Below are positions 36,601 to 45,434 of a DNA stretch of 64,000 nucleotides, one piece after another. The DNA lies in assembly GCA_963727505.1 (NCBI GenBank), contig CAVSGP010000009.1, positions 224,001 through 288,000 on the forward strand, written 5' to 3'. The notes beneath the pieces are model-generated. The model did no database searches. It was not told the DNA's origin and worked only from the letters and a program-made list of their open reading frames with translations. Every line of letters starts with the position of its first letter. The stretch's first letter is position 1. This DNA is from an uncultured Trueperaceae bacterium (GTDB taxonomy: Bacteria > Deinococcota > Deinococci > Deinococcales > Trueperaceae). A program made the position numbers and the translations under genes.

Positions 36601-37329
36601 ATGTCACGCGCCCCCTTTACGGCCCTGGCAGAGGTATACGACGCCATCATGGCCGACGTCGAGTACGACGACTGGGCCGCTTTCATCCTGCAGCTGGCGC
36701 GCGAGCGCGGCTGGCAGGGGGGCGAAGCACTGGATGTGGGCTGCGGCACCGGCAACGCCACCGTCCCGATGCGGGCGCTCGGCGTCGAGGTGTCCGGCCT
36801 CGACGGTTCGGAGGCCATGCTTCGAGTGGCTGAACGCAAACTCCCGTCGGTGCGCTTCTACTGCAGCGACTTCCGCACCATGCAGCTCCCCCAGCGCTTC
36901 ACCCTGGTCTACTCGGTGTTCGACGCCCTGAACAACCTGCTCGAGCCCAGCGGCTTCGAGGCGATGGCCCGCCGCGTGTTCGACCACCTCTTACCCGGCG
37001 GTCTCTTCATCTTCGACGTCAACACCACGGTCGGGCTCCGCGACCTGTGGGAGGGGGGCCGCGTGGAGGGCTGGGCCGACGAGGTGTACTACCGTTGGGT
37101 CCACTCCTTCGACGAGGCCACTGCGCTCGCGAAGGTCGAGGCCTTCTGCGAGACAGAGCACGGCACCTTCACGGAGGTCCACTACGAGCGGCCCTACGAC
37201 CCCCCGGAGGCGACGCGGTTGCTCGAGGCGGCGGGATTCACGGGCGTGGAGGCACTCAGCTATCCCAGCGGTGAGCCCGCGCCGGACGACGCGGCCCGCG
37301 TGTGGATGGTCGCTCGCCGCGCCGTTTGA
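36601..37329 (+). CDS. Class I SAM-dependent methyltransferase
   Basis: LDVGCGTG, GLDGSEAML, FDALN, PGGLFIFD. Confidence 0.92.
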   Translation: MSRAPFTALAEVYDAIMADVEYDDWAAFILQLARERGWQGGEALDVGCGTGNATVPMRALGVEVSGLDGSEAMLRVAERKLPSVRFYCSDFRTMQLPQRFTLVYSVFDALNNLLEPSGFEAMARRVFDHLLPGGLFIFDVNTTVGLRDLWEGGRVEGWADEVYYRWVHSFDEATALAKVEAFCETEHGTFTEVHYERPYDPPEATRLLEAAGFTGVEALSYPSGEPAPDDAARVWMVARRAV

Positions 37330-37381
37330 GGGCGTTCGTTCGGGCGGCGCCGGCCCGTTCCGATGGAACGCCCCCGCTGCA

Positions 37382-37439
37382 GCTGAGCTTTCGCGCTCCG
37401 GCTGAGCGTTCGCGCTCCGGCTGAGCGTTGGCGCTCAGC
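37382..37439. repeat. Three tandem ~19-bp repeats; the last forms a hairpin between convergent genes
   Basis: GCTGAGCTTTCGCGCTCCG / GCTGAGCGTTCGCGCTCCG / GCTGAGCGTTGGCGCTCAGC. Confidence 0.75.
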
Positions 37440-38319
37440 CCTCCTCGTCCAGGCCCGCCTGCTGGCGCACGATGCGCGCGATGTTGGAGACGTCCTCGTC
37501 CCCGTAGCCGCGTTTGACCAAACTGGTCTCGAGTTGCTCGACGTAGGCGGCGAGCGGGATGGCGACGCCGAGATCGCGCGCCGACGCCAGCGCGATACCG
37601 AGATCCTTGCGGTGCAGGCGGGTGCGGAATCCCAGCGGGTAGTGGTTGTGGATCATGTTCGGCCCGCGGTTCGTCAGTCCCCACGAGCCGGCGGCGCCGC
37701 CCGACACCGCGGCGTGCGCCGCCTCGATGTCGATGCCCGCGGCCAGCCCGAGCGCCAGACCCTCGGCGATCGCGGCGTAGGTGCCGGCGATGATGACCTG
37801 GTTGATGGCCTTGGTCACCTGGCCGCTGCCGACGGGACCCACGTGGGTCACGGTCGTGCCGAGCGCGTCTAGCACGCTGCGCACGCGCTCCAGGACGGCC
37901 TTGTCTCCGCCCACCATGATGGAGAGCGTGCCGCGCGCCGCGCCCTCGCTCCCACCGGACACCGGGGCGTCCAGCATGGCCACGCCGTGATCCTCGAGCG
38001 CAGCGGCGATCAGCCGGGTGGTGGCGGGGCTGATGGTGCTCATGTCGACGAGCACCGAGCCCGCCTCCATACCCTCGACCGCCCCCTCCTCGCCCAGCAC
38101 CACGGCCTGCACGTCGGGCGTGTCGCTCACCATGATGATGACCAGCTCGCGGTCACGGGCGCACTCGCGGGGGGTGGTAGCGCGGTGGGCGCCGAGCGTT
38201 TCCAGCGCTTCCTCGCGCTGGCGTGTGCGGTTGTGCACGGTGACGTCGTGTCCTGCTTCGAGCAGGCGGCGCGCCATCGGCGCGCCCATGGTGCCCAGTC
38301 CGATGAATCCGATCCTCAT
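37435..38319 (-). CDS. 3-hydroxyisobutyrate dehydrogenase / tartronate semialdehyde reductase family oxidoreductase
   Basis: GFIGLGTMG, DAPVSGG, KAINQ, KDL. Confidence 0.92.
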   Translation of the reverse strand: MRIGFIGLGTMGAPMARRLLEAGHDVTVHNRTRQREEALETLGAHRATTPRECARDRELVIIMVSDTPDVQAVVLGEEGAVEGMEAGSVLVDMSTISPATTRLIAAALEDHGVAMLDAPVSGGSEGAARGTLSIMVGGDKAVLERVRSVLDALGTTVTHVGPVGSGQVTKAINQVIIAGTYAAIAEGLALGLAAGIDIEAAHAAVSGGAAGSWGLTNRGPNMIHNHYPLGFRTRLHRKDLGIALASARDLGVAIPLAAYVEQLETSLVKRGYGDEDVSNIARIVRQQAGLDEEG

Positions 38320-39560
38320 GGGGAGTCCTCCCGATCCTCGCCGGCGCGTTCGGGATGCGCGCCGCGGTCGTTCCAGATGGTCTCGAGCACGTCCATGAGC
38401 CGCGAGGCCACGGCCCGATTGTGTGAGCTTACCGTGGTGCGGCGGGGCACCGGCGTCCAGACGGAGGGATCGTCCACCATGCGGTCCGGGAGGGCGACGG
38501 GGCTCCTTGACGCCCAGCGCTCGTGCCACGCCGCGGGAACGTGCTCGGGCAGCTCCTGGCCGGTGATGGCGGCCCATAGCAGCGCCCAGGCGCGCGGAGC
38601 GGTCCGGTACGGGTCGTAGCCTCCGCCGCCGGTGGCCACCAGCCGCCCGCCCGTGAAGCGTTCGCTCAGCTCCACCACCCGGCGGTAGCTCGCACCCATG
38701 GCAGCCAGGCTCAGGTTGAGGTCGGCCAGCGGGTCGTTGCGGTGCATGTCGGCGCCGGCCTGGAGAACGATCAGGTCGGGCTGGAAGACCTCGATCGCGC
38801 GCGGCACCACCATCTCGAAGACGTCGAGGAAGGAGGCGTCCTCGGTGAAGGGCTCGAGCGGCATGTTGACGGACGTGCCGCGGCCCGGGCCGCGGCCCGT
38901 CTCGTAGGTGTGCCCCGTTCCCGGGAACAGGTAGCGACCCGACTCGTGCAGGCTGATGGTCATGACGTCGGGGGAGTCGTAGAACAGCCACTGCACCCCG
39001 TCACCGTGGTGGACGTCGAGGTCGATGTAGGCCACGCGCAGGCCGTGCGCGTCGACAGCACGCCGGATGCCGAGCGCGAGATCGTTGTACACGCAGAATC
39101 CCGACGCCTTGGCGCGCATGGCGTGGTGCAGGCCACCGGCGAGGTTGACCGCGCGACGCGCCTGACCGCTCGCCACCAGCTCCACGGCGGTCACCGTGCC
39201 GCTGCACACGCGGAGCACGGCCTCGTGCATGTTGGGGAAGACGGGATTGTCGCCGGTGCCGATGCCGTAGCTGTACGCCTCGTCCTCCAACTCCCCGTGC
39301 GAGGCGTGACGGACCGCGTCGATGTAGCGCGTGGAGTGAACGCGCGCCAGCTCACGCTCGGGGATGGGCGTGACGCCGGCGTACGCCTCGGGGCTCAGCG
39401 CACCGACGGCCTCGAGCAGGGTGCGGGTGAGCTCGAGCCGCTCCGGGCGGAAGGGGTGCTCGGGGGAGAGCTCGTACTCGGCGAGCAAGGGGTCGTAGAC
39501 GAAGCGCACGCGGTTCGCCGCGGCGCCAGGGTGCCCATTTCCCTTGGCCGAAACGCTCAC
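38316..39560 (-). CDS. acuC: Acetoin utilization protein AcuC (class I Zn-dependent deacetylase)
   Basis: GGLHHA, SGFCVYND, DLDVHHGDG, HESGRYLFPGTG, GGGGY. Confidence 0.92.
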   Translation of the reverse strand: MSVSAKGNGHPGAAANRVRFVYDPLLAEYELSPEHPFRPERLELTRTLLEAVGALSPEAYAGVTPIPERELARVHSTRYIDAVRHASHGELEDEAYSYGIGTGDNPVFPNMHEAVLRVCSGTVTAVELVASGQARRAVNLAGGLHHAMRAKASGFCVYNDLALGIRRAVDAHGLRVAYIDLDVHHGDGVQWLFYDSPDVMTISLHESGRYLFPGTGHTYETGRGPGRGTSVNMPLEPFTEDASFLDVFEMVVPRAIEVFQPDLIVLQAGADMHRNDPLADLNLSLAAMGASYRRVVELSERFTGGRLVATGGGGYDPYRTAPRAWALLWAAITGQELPEHVPAAWHERWASRSPVALPDRMVDDPSVWTPVPRRTTVSSHNRAVASRLMDVLETIWNDRGAHPERAGEDREDSP

Positions 39561-40243
39561 GGCTCGCGGGTCTTGTCGACCGGCCAGAGGATCACGAAGC
39601 CCTCGCCCCGCAGGTGCTCGGCAAGCCGGCGGCCGTCGACGGTATTCACGCGCAGCACGAACGTCACGCTCTCGGCGTCGGCGCGCGAGGTCATCACGCT
39701 GGAGACGTTGTGGCGCCGCTCGGCGATGGCCGCGAGCAGCGACGCCAGCGCGCCCGGCCGGTTCGGGACCTCCACCTCGAGCCGGGTGGCGGCCTCGTAC
39801 ACGCCCGACATGCGCACCAGTGCATCGAGCATGTCGATGCCCGTGACGATACCGACCAGATGGTCCCCGTCCATGACGGGCATGGCGCCGATCTTGTTCT
39901 CCCGCAGGGTCTTAGCCGTCTCCTCGATGGGATCCAGGGGGTGCGCGGTCAGGACGGGCGCCACCATCACGTTGCGCACCGGATCGGTGGCCGCAACGCC
40001 GGCGGGGGCCAGAGGGTGGTCCGCGCCGACGAGGCGCAGATCGCGGTCCGACACGATACCCACGAGGCGGTCGATGCCGGCGTCCTCACCCTCCGGCCCC
40101 GTACGAGTGGGCCCCTTCCCGACGTTCTCGAGGATGGGGAAATGGCGGATGTTGCGCTGTTCCATCAGCGCGTTGACGTCGCGGATCGGCATATCCGGGC
40201 CGATGGCGACCACCTGCCGCGTCATGATGTCCTGTACCAGCAT
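39557..40243 (-). CDS. acuB: AcuB-like CBS-pair plus ACT domain protein
   Basis: LVGIVSDRDLR, IGAMPV..LVGIVT, NRPGAL. Confidence 0.88.
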   Translation of the reverse strand: MLVQDIMTRQVVAIGPDMPIRDVNALMEQRNIRHFPILENVGKGPTRTGPEGEDAGIDRLVGIVSDRDLRLVGADHPLAPAGVAATDPVRNVMVAPVLTAHPLDPIEETAKTLRENKIGAMPVMDGDHLVGIVTGIDMLDALVRMSGVYEAATRLEVEVPNRPGALASLLAAIAERRHNVSSVMTSRADAESVTFVLRVNTVDGRRLAEHLRGEGFVILWPVDKTREP

Positions 40244-40330
40244 GGTGCCCTCCGAAACCCGAGCCCGCGCCGGGCGCGCCTCGCAAGAATCGTACCCTCT
40301 GGCCGCCGCGCGACGCCGCGCTGCCCGGCC

Positions 40331-40945
40331 TCAGCCGAAGAAGCGGGGGCGGGTCCGGAGGCGGTGGAACTCCTCGACGACCGCCGGGTCGGCGCGCGAG
40401 CCGACCCGCGCCATGAGCTGATTGGCGGAGCTGCTGCGCACCTCGGCGTCGGCGGTGTTGAAGGTCTCGAAGCCGGCGCTGCGGTACAGGCGCTCGAGCA
40501 GGCGTTTGTAGGCGAAATCGTTCAGCCCCGTGCGCTTGAGGTCGTAGTGCCACACGTACATGGTGGCGAACACCACGGTGTCCTCGAAGCGCCCGCCCTC
40601 GAAGCTGCCCGCCAGCAGGCGTTCGGCCAGATGCTGCCCGCGGTAGGGCGGCGCCACCTCTACCGCGCCCAGCTCGATGATCCTGCCGGTGCGGTCCTCC
40701 CCCCACGACTCCACGTCCGAGGGTGGGTGGAAGGCGGCGTAGGCCACCATCCGGTCCTCGTCCACGCCGATGCTGACGCACGACTGGGCGTCGCGCGCGA
40801 TGCCGATGAGGGCCTGGTGCTGCTTCGCGGCCGGACGGAACATGTCGATGGCGGGGTGCGGCTCGAGCGCGGCCAGCGCCTCGGGCGTCAGGCACACCTC
40901 TACGCGGGCCGCCCCGGCGGCCGGGCTGGTGGTGGCCTCGGTCAC
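40331..40945 (-). CDS. acuA: AcuA-like GNAT protein lysine acetyltransferase
   Basis: FRPAAKQHQALI, ELGAVEVAPPYRG, YVWHYDLK, SSANQLMARVG. Confidence 0.85.
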   Translation of the reverse strand: MTEATTSPAAGAARVEVCLTPEALAALEPHPAIDMFRPAAKQHQALIGIARDAQSCVSIGVDEDRMVAYAAFHPPSDVESWGEDRTGRIIELGAVEVAPPYRGQHLAERLLAGSFEGGRFEDTVVFATMYVWHYDLKRTGLNDFAYKRLLERLYRSAGFETFNTADAEVRSSSANQLMARVGSRADPAVVEEFHRLRTRPRFFG

Positions 40946-40958
40946 GAACGTCCCGCGG

Positions 40959-43900
40959 TCACGGCACCGGCGCCAGCATGCGCTGCCGGTCGCGCCAGCG
41001 TGCGACCAGTGCGTCGGGCAGCCGCGCGGGACCGACGTCGGGGCGCTCCTCCAGACCCAGCAGCGCGCCGAGCCGGGCATGGGCGCGCCAGGCTCCATCG
41101 CTTGCGGGCATGCGCTCCGCACCTTCGCCGAAGGCGCGCAACAGGCCCTCGTGGTAGGCGGTCAGATCGGGGTCTTCGAGGGCGATGGCGAGCCGCTCGG
41201 CGGCCTCGCTGGAGGCGCCGTGCAGCAGCTGCGTAGCGCCGGCGAGCGCCACGTACTGCGCGCGCAGGCCCAGATCGCCGCGCTCCCGTCGGCCGTCGTC
41301 GGGGAGGGCGGCCCGCATCGCCATCTCCCCCTCGCTCAGGGCCTCCATGGCGCCGTCGGCGTCCCCCAGGCGTAAGCGCGCGGCCACCGCCGCGGCCAGC
41401 GCCTCGGCGCGCTGGTAGGCGAAACGCGACTCTCGGATCGCCTTCTCGGCGTGGCCCAGCGCGTCCTCGGGACGAGTCGCTACCAGGCTGGCGTGCAGGT
41501 GGGCCTGACGGACGAGCACGCCGTGCAGCTCGCGGTCGGGCTTGTCGTCGAGCGCGGCGAGCACCTCGCCGATGCGCTGGCGCGCGTGGCGAAGGTCGGG
41601 CTGATCGGTCTCGGGCAGCGGCAGCACCGGCAGCGGTAGACGGAAGGGCTGCGCCATGCCCCGGCAGGCGTACGCCAGCCCGATGTACAGCGTGGTTCGG
41701 AGCACCCGGTAGTCGGCGTCCACCTCCAGGGCGCGGGCATAGCTGCGGAAGCGCTCGATGTTGCGCGCCAGTGTGAACGTGGCCTCCTCGAAGGCGCCCT
41801 CGGCAAGCAACGCCAGCGCCGCCTCGTCGTCCACCTTGGCGAGCCAGAAGTCGCGCTCGATGGGCTCGGCGTCCGCCAGCTCGAGGATGTCGCGGGCGGC
41901 GCTGAAGTCCCGGCGCGCTGCCGTGAGGTTGCCCATGCGGCGGAAGAGCGTGCCGCGGCGCGACAGGAAGCGCGTCTGCTCCTGCACCAGGGCCTCCGAG
42001 CGGTAGGCCAGCTCGACGGCCAGGTCGAGCTCGCGGCGCGCCTGATCGAAGCGCCCCAGCTTGAGGCAGACGTCACCCTTCTGGAACGCAAGGCGTGCCC
42101 GGATGAGGTCCTCGTCGGTCACGACGGAATCGAACTCGCGCAGGGCGCTCTCCAGGTCGCCGCGGTCCTTGGCGATGAGGCCGGCCCACACCGAGACCTT
42201 GGCGCGCGCCAGGTTGCTGGCGCTGTCGTCGTCGGTCACACGCTCCAGCTCGGCGCTCGCGTCCTCGTCGACGAGGCGAGCGGCTTCGTCCAGGTCGCTG
42301 CGCCAGCGCGCGATGCTGGCGCGCACCAGTGCGACCTCGGCGCGGAGCAGGGGCACGCGCGTTCCGGGGCAGTTCTCCAGCAGGCGTTCGGCTTGCTCGT
42401 AGCGTCCCTTGAGCACCTCGCCCTCGGCGCGCTTGAGCGTGGTCCAGGCGCGCACGTCCGCGTCCTCGGACCGGGCGAGGGCCTCGAAGGCGCTGCGGGC
42501 GTCGGCGTGGTCGTAGCTGCCCAGCTTCACGTAGTGCGCGGCGACCTGCCGCGCGATGCCGTTGAATGCCGGACTCCCGCTCAGCTCCTCGGCCGCGGCG
42601 TGCCAGATGCGACGTACCAGCGACTGCTGGATGCTGTGGCGCTGCAGCCAGGCGGCCATGGTGTCCCAGTCGCGGGCTTCGAACGCATGGTGGAGGAAGC
42701 GTGACGCGCTCTCGCTGGCGGGATCGTCCCAGGCGGCCTCGCGGTAGGCGTCCGCGGCCTGGCGGTTCAGCTCCCTGTAGCGGGTGGGGTCGGCCTCCTG
42801 CATGCGCTGGCGCAGCGCCCTCGCGAGCTGGCGGGAGAAGCAACGAAAGCCGGCTTCATCGCCCGGCACCGGATCGAGGAAGGCGAGCTCGAAGGTGTTC
42901 AGGTCCTTCGCGCCGTCCTGTCGCAGCTGCATCAGGATGTCGGCGCGGAAGGTCGGGAACTCGGGCAGGGAGAGCGCGGCCAGTGCCGACAGGAAGTCAC
43001 GCAGGCCGGCGTCCCCCGAGGCGTCGACCAGCTTGCTGAGCTGCTCGATGGAGAGCTGGCTCCCCTCGAGCGCAGCCTCGCCGACCGGTTCGCGCACCTC
43101 CGCCAGCAGGGTGAGGGTGCGCAACTCCTCGAACGAGCGGCCCGCCCGCTGGACGATGTCCTCCTGCTGCGTGGGAGAGCGGTGAGGGAGTCGGGCCCTG
43201 ACGAAGCGACGGGCCTCGGCGGTGGTGGGGGGCGTGAGCTTGATCGGACCCTCGAACGCACCGAGGCGTTGCATGGCGCGAGCCGGCACGTCGGCCATGC
43301 TCGCGAGCAGCGCCACGTCGGGCAGCCGGCTGAGCGGCTCGAACAGCGACAGCCACAGCCACTCCGAGGCGCTCACGCGCGGCACTTCGGGGGTGTTCAG
43401 GCGCAGCGGCACCATGCCCAGGCTGTCCTGCCCCGCCATCGATTGGGACACGTGCAGGAGGAACACCATGCGTCCGCCGACCTGGCGCGCAGCGTCGATG
43501 ATGACGCGCGCAACCTCGGCCTGGGCGTCCGCCTGCACCGCGAAGGCGCTGGAGCTCCCGATGCGCAGCAACTTCGCCTCGATGAGCTCGTGCTGCACGC
43601 CCAGCGCCAGCGCCAGCCGGCTCAGGGCGCCGGCCAGGTCGCTCGCGGAGAACTCCAGCCGGACGATCCGATCGGCGGCGCGCGGCTGGATCTCCAGGGC
43701 CTGCTGGATGTAGTCGGCCAGCAAGGTCTTGCCCGAGCCGGGCCGGCCGGTGATCAGCAGGTGGGGGATCTCGCCGCCGCGGACGCCACCGACGAAGCTC
43801 CGGTAGGCACGTCGCTTCTCACGGCCCAGGAGCTGCAGCACCTCCTGTTCGGCCGAGCTGCCTGGTGAGAGCAGTACCTCCAGCTCCGGCGCCCGCAACG

Positions 43901-44156
43901 GCGGCTGGCCGGTGGTGGTCCAGAGCTCCCCTAGGATCTCGAACAGGACGCGCTTGTCGGCCAGTTTGCCCTTGTCGCGGTAGATGATGTTTCGTACGAC
44001 GTTGGGGTTTGCGCCCCGGCGTTCCATCTCTTTGCGCAGCCAGTTGATGCTGCCGAGAACGCCGTCGGCGTCGCGCTTATGCCCGACCGTCTTGCGCACG
44101 GCTTCGAAGATCGGGCGCCAGGGGCTGGCGTGCTCGTCGGAGGGGTCGGGAACCAT
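40959..44156 (-). CDS. Large P-loop NTPase plus TPR-repeat protein (STAND-like)
   Basis: Walker A ITGRPGSGKT, helical/TPR C-terminal half; TAAAAT box 8 nt before ATG. Confidence 0.85.
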   Translation of the reverse strand: MVPDPSDEHASPWRPIFEAVRKTVGHKRDADGVLGSINWLRKEMERRGANPNVVRNIIYRDKGKLADKRVLFEILGELWTTTGQPPLRAPELEVLLSPGSSAEQEVLQLLGREKRRAYRSFVGGVRGGEIPHLLITGRPGSGKTLLADYIQQALEIQPRAADRIVRLEFSASDLAGALSRLALALGVQHELIEAKLLRIGSSSAFAVQADAQAEVARVIIDAARQVGGRMVFLLHVSQSMAGQDSLGMVPLRLNTPEVPRVSASEWLWLSLFEPLSRLPDVALLASMADVPARAMQRLGAFEGPIKLTPPTTAEARRFVRARLPHRSPTQQEDIVQRAGRSFEELRTLTLLAEVREPVGEAALEGSQLSIEQLSKLVDASGDAGLRDFLSALAALSLPEFPTFRADILMQLRQDGAKDLNTFELAFLDPVPGDEAGFRCFSRQLARALRQRMQEADPTRYRELNRQAADAYREAAWDDPASESASRFLHHAFEARDWDTMAAWLQRHSIQQSLVRRIWHAAAEELSGSPAFNGIARQVAAHYVKLGSYDHADARSAFEALARSEDADVRAWTTLKRAEGEVLKGRYEQAERLLENCPGTRVPLLRAEVALVRASIARWRSDLDEAARLVDEDASAELERVTDDDSASNLARAKVSVWAGLIAKDRGDLESALREFDSVVTDEDLIRARLAFQKGDVCLKLGRFDQARRELDLAVELAYRSEALVQEQTRFLSRRGTLFRRMGNLTAARRDFSAARDILELADAEPIERDFWLAKVDDEAALALLAEGAFEEATFTLARNIERFRSYARALEVDADYRVLRTTLYIGLAYACRGMAQPFRLPLPVLPLPETDQPDLRHARQRIGEVLAALDDKPDRELHGVLVRQAHLHASLVATRPEDALGHAEKAIRESRFAYQRAEALAAAVAARLRLGDADGAMEALSEGEMAMRAALPDDGRRERGDLGLRAQYVALAGATQLLHGASSEAAERLAIALEDPDLTAYHEGLLRAFGEGAERMPASDGAWRAHARLGALLGLEERPDVGPARLPDALVARWRDRQRMLAPVP

Positions 44157-44282
44157 TGTGTGTCATTTTATCGCGGTCGGGTAAACAAGTACACAGTTGC
44201 GTCGGCCCGCGGGGCCCGGGGAGGTACCGCAGGGTAGGCGCGGACCCGGGTGGGAACGGGGGGCGGTGCTATGCTCGTGGGC

Positions 44283-45434
44283 ATGGACGTGCTCCAGAAG
44301 GCGGCAACAGGACGGCGTCTCACGCCGGACGAGGCCGCCGGTCTCTACCGCGCGCCACTGTTCGCGCTGGCGTCGGCCGCCGATGCCGTGCGCGGCTTGC
44401 GCACCGACCCCAAGGTCGTGACCTACCTGATCGACCGCAACATCAACTACTCCAACGTGTGCTCGGTGGCGTGCAGCTTCTGCGGCTTCTACCGCACGCG
44501 CCGCCAGGACGACGCCTACACCTTGAGCTACGACGCCATCTCCGAGAAGATCGCCGAGCTCGAGGCGGTCGGCGGTACCCGCATCCTGATGCAGGGGGGC
44601 GTCAACCGCTACCTGCCGTTCACCTGGTACACCGACCTCATGCGGTTCCTGAAGGAGCGCCACCCGACGATCCGGGTCGAGGCCTTCAGCCCCGAAGAGA
44701 TCAAGGGACTTGCGTCGCTCACCGGCATGTCGAGCCGGGAGGTGCTCGCGGAGCTACAGGCCGCGGGGCTCGACGGCCTTCCCGGCGGCGGCGGCGAGAT
44801 CCTGGTCGACGAGGTCCGGCACGCTGGGCATGTCGCTCCCGGGCGCATCGCATCCGACGAGTGGATCGCCATCATGGGCGAGGCGCAGGAGCTCGGCCTC
44901 TACACGACCGCCACCATGGTGATCGGTTTCGGCGAAACGCCCGAACAACGCGTGCAGAGCATGATGCGCATCCGCGATCAGCAGGATCGTGCCCTTGCCA
45001 CGCACGGCAACGGCTTCTCGGCGTTCATCTCCTGGACGCTGCAGACGCAGGGCGTGCGGATCGAGGGGCAGGCGCCGGGCGCTGGGGCGCACGAGTACCT
45101 CCAGAACGTGGCCGTGAGCCGGCTGCTCCTCGACAACGTCCCGAACTTCCAGGCCTCCTGGCCCACCATGGGGTACAAGGTCGCGCAGACCGCGCTCAGC
45201 TTCGGTTGCAACGACTTCGGGAGCACCATGCTGGAGGAGAACGTCGTGTCGCAGGCGGGCGCCCGTCACCGCTCTACGCCGGAACGCGAGATCGTGCGCC
45301 AGATCGTCGACGCCGGTTATCAGCCGGCACAACGCGACAGCCTCTACGGCATCGTGCGCCACCCCGATGTCGAGGCGCTTCTGGCGACGCCGGCAGCCGG
45401 CGACGCGCTGGAGGGCGCGGCCGCCGCGTCTTGA
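44283..45434 (+). CDS. mqnC: Cyclic dehypoxanthinyl futalosine synthase (radical SAM)
   Basis: DRNINYSNVCSVACSFC, LMQGG, PGGGGEIL, NDFGSTMLEENVV. Confidence 0.9.
   Translation: MDVLQKAATGRRLTPDEAAGLYRAPLFALASAADAVRGLRTDPKVVTYLIDRNINYSNVCSVACSFCGFYRTRRQDDAYTLSYDAISEKIAELEAVGGTRILMQGGVNRYLPFTWYTDLMRFLKERHPTIRVEAFSPEEIKGLASLTGMSSREVLAELQAAGLDGLPGGGGEILVDEVRHAGHVAPGRIASDEWIAIMGEAQELGLYTTATMVIGFGETPEQRVQSMMRIRDQQDRALATHGNGFSAFISWTLQTQGVRIEGQAPGAGAHEYLQNVAVSRLLLDNVPNFQASWPTMGYKVAQTALSFGCNDFGSTMLEENVVSQAGARHRSTPEREIVRQIVDAGYQPAQRDSLYGIVRHPDVEALLATPAAGDALEGAAAAS

Noticed and set aside
40959..44156. Avs-type anti-phage STAND defence system
   Set aside because: No recognisable nuclease/TIR/SIR2/protease effector, host-like codon usage, housekeeping neighbourhood and degenerate Walker B; not fully excluded without HMM searches
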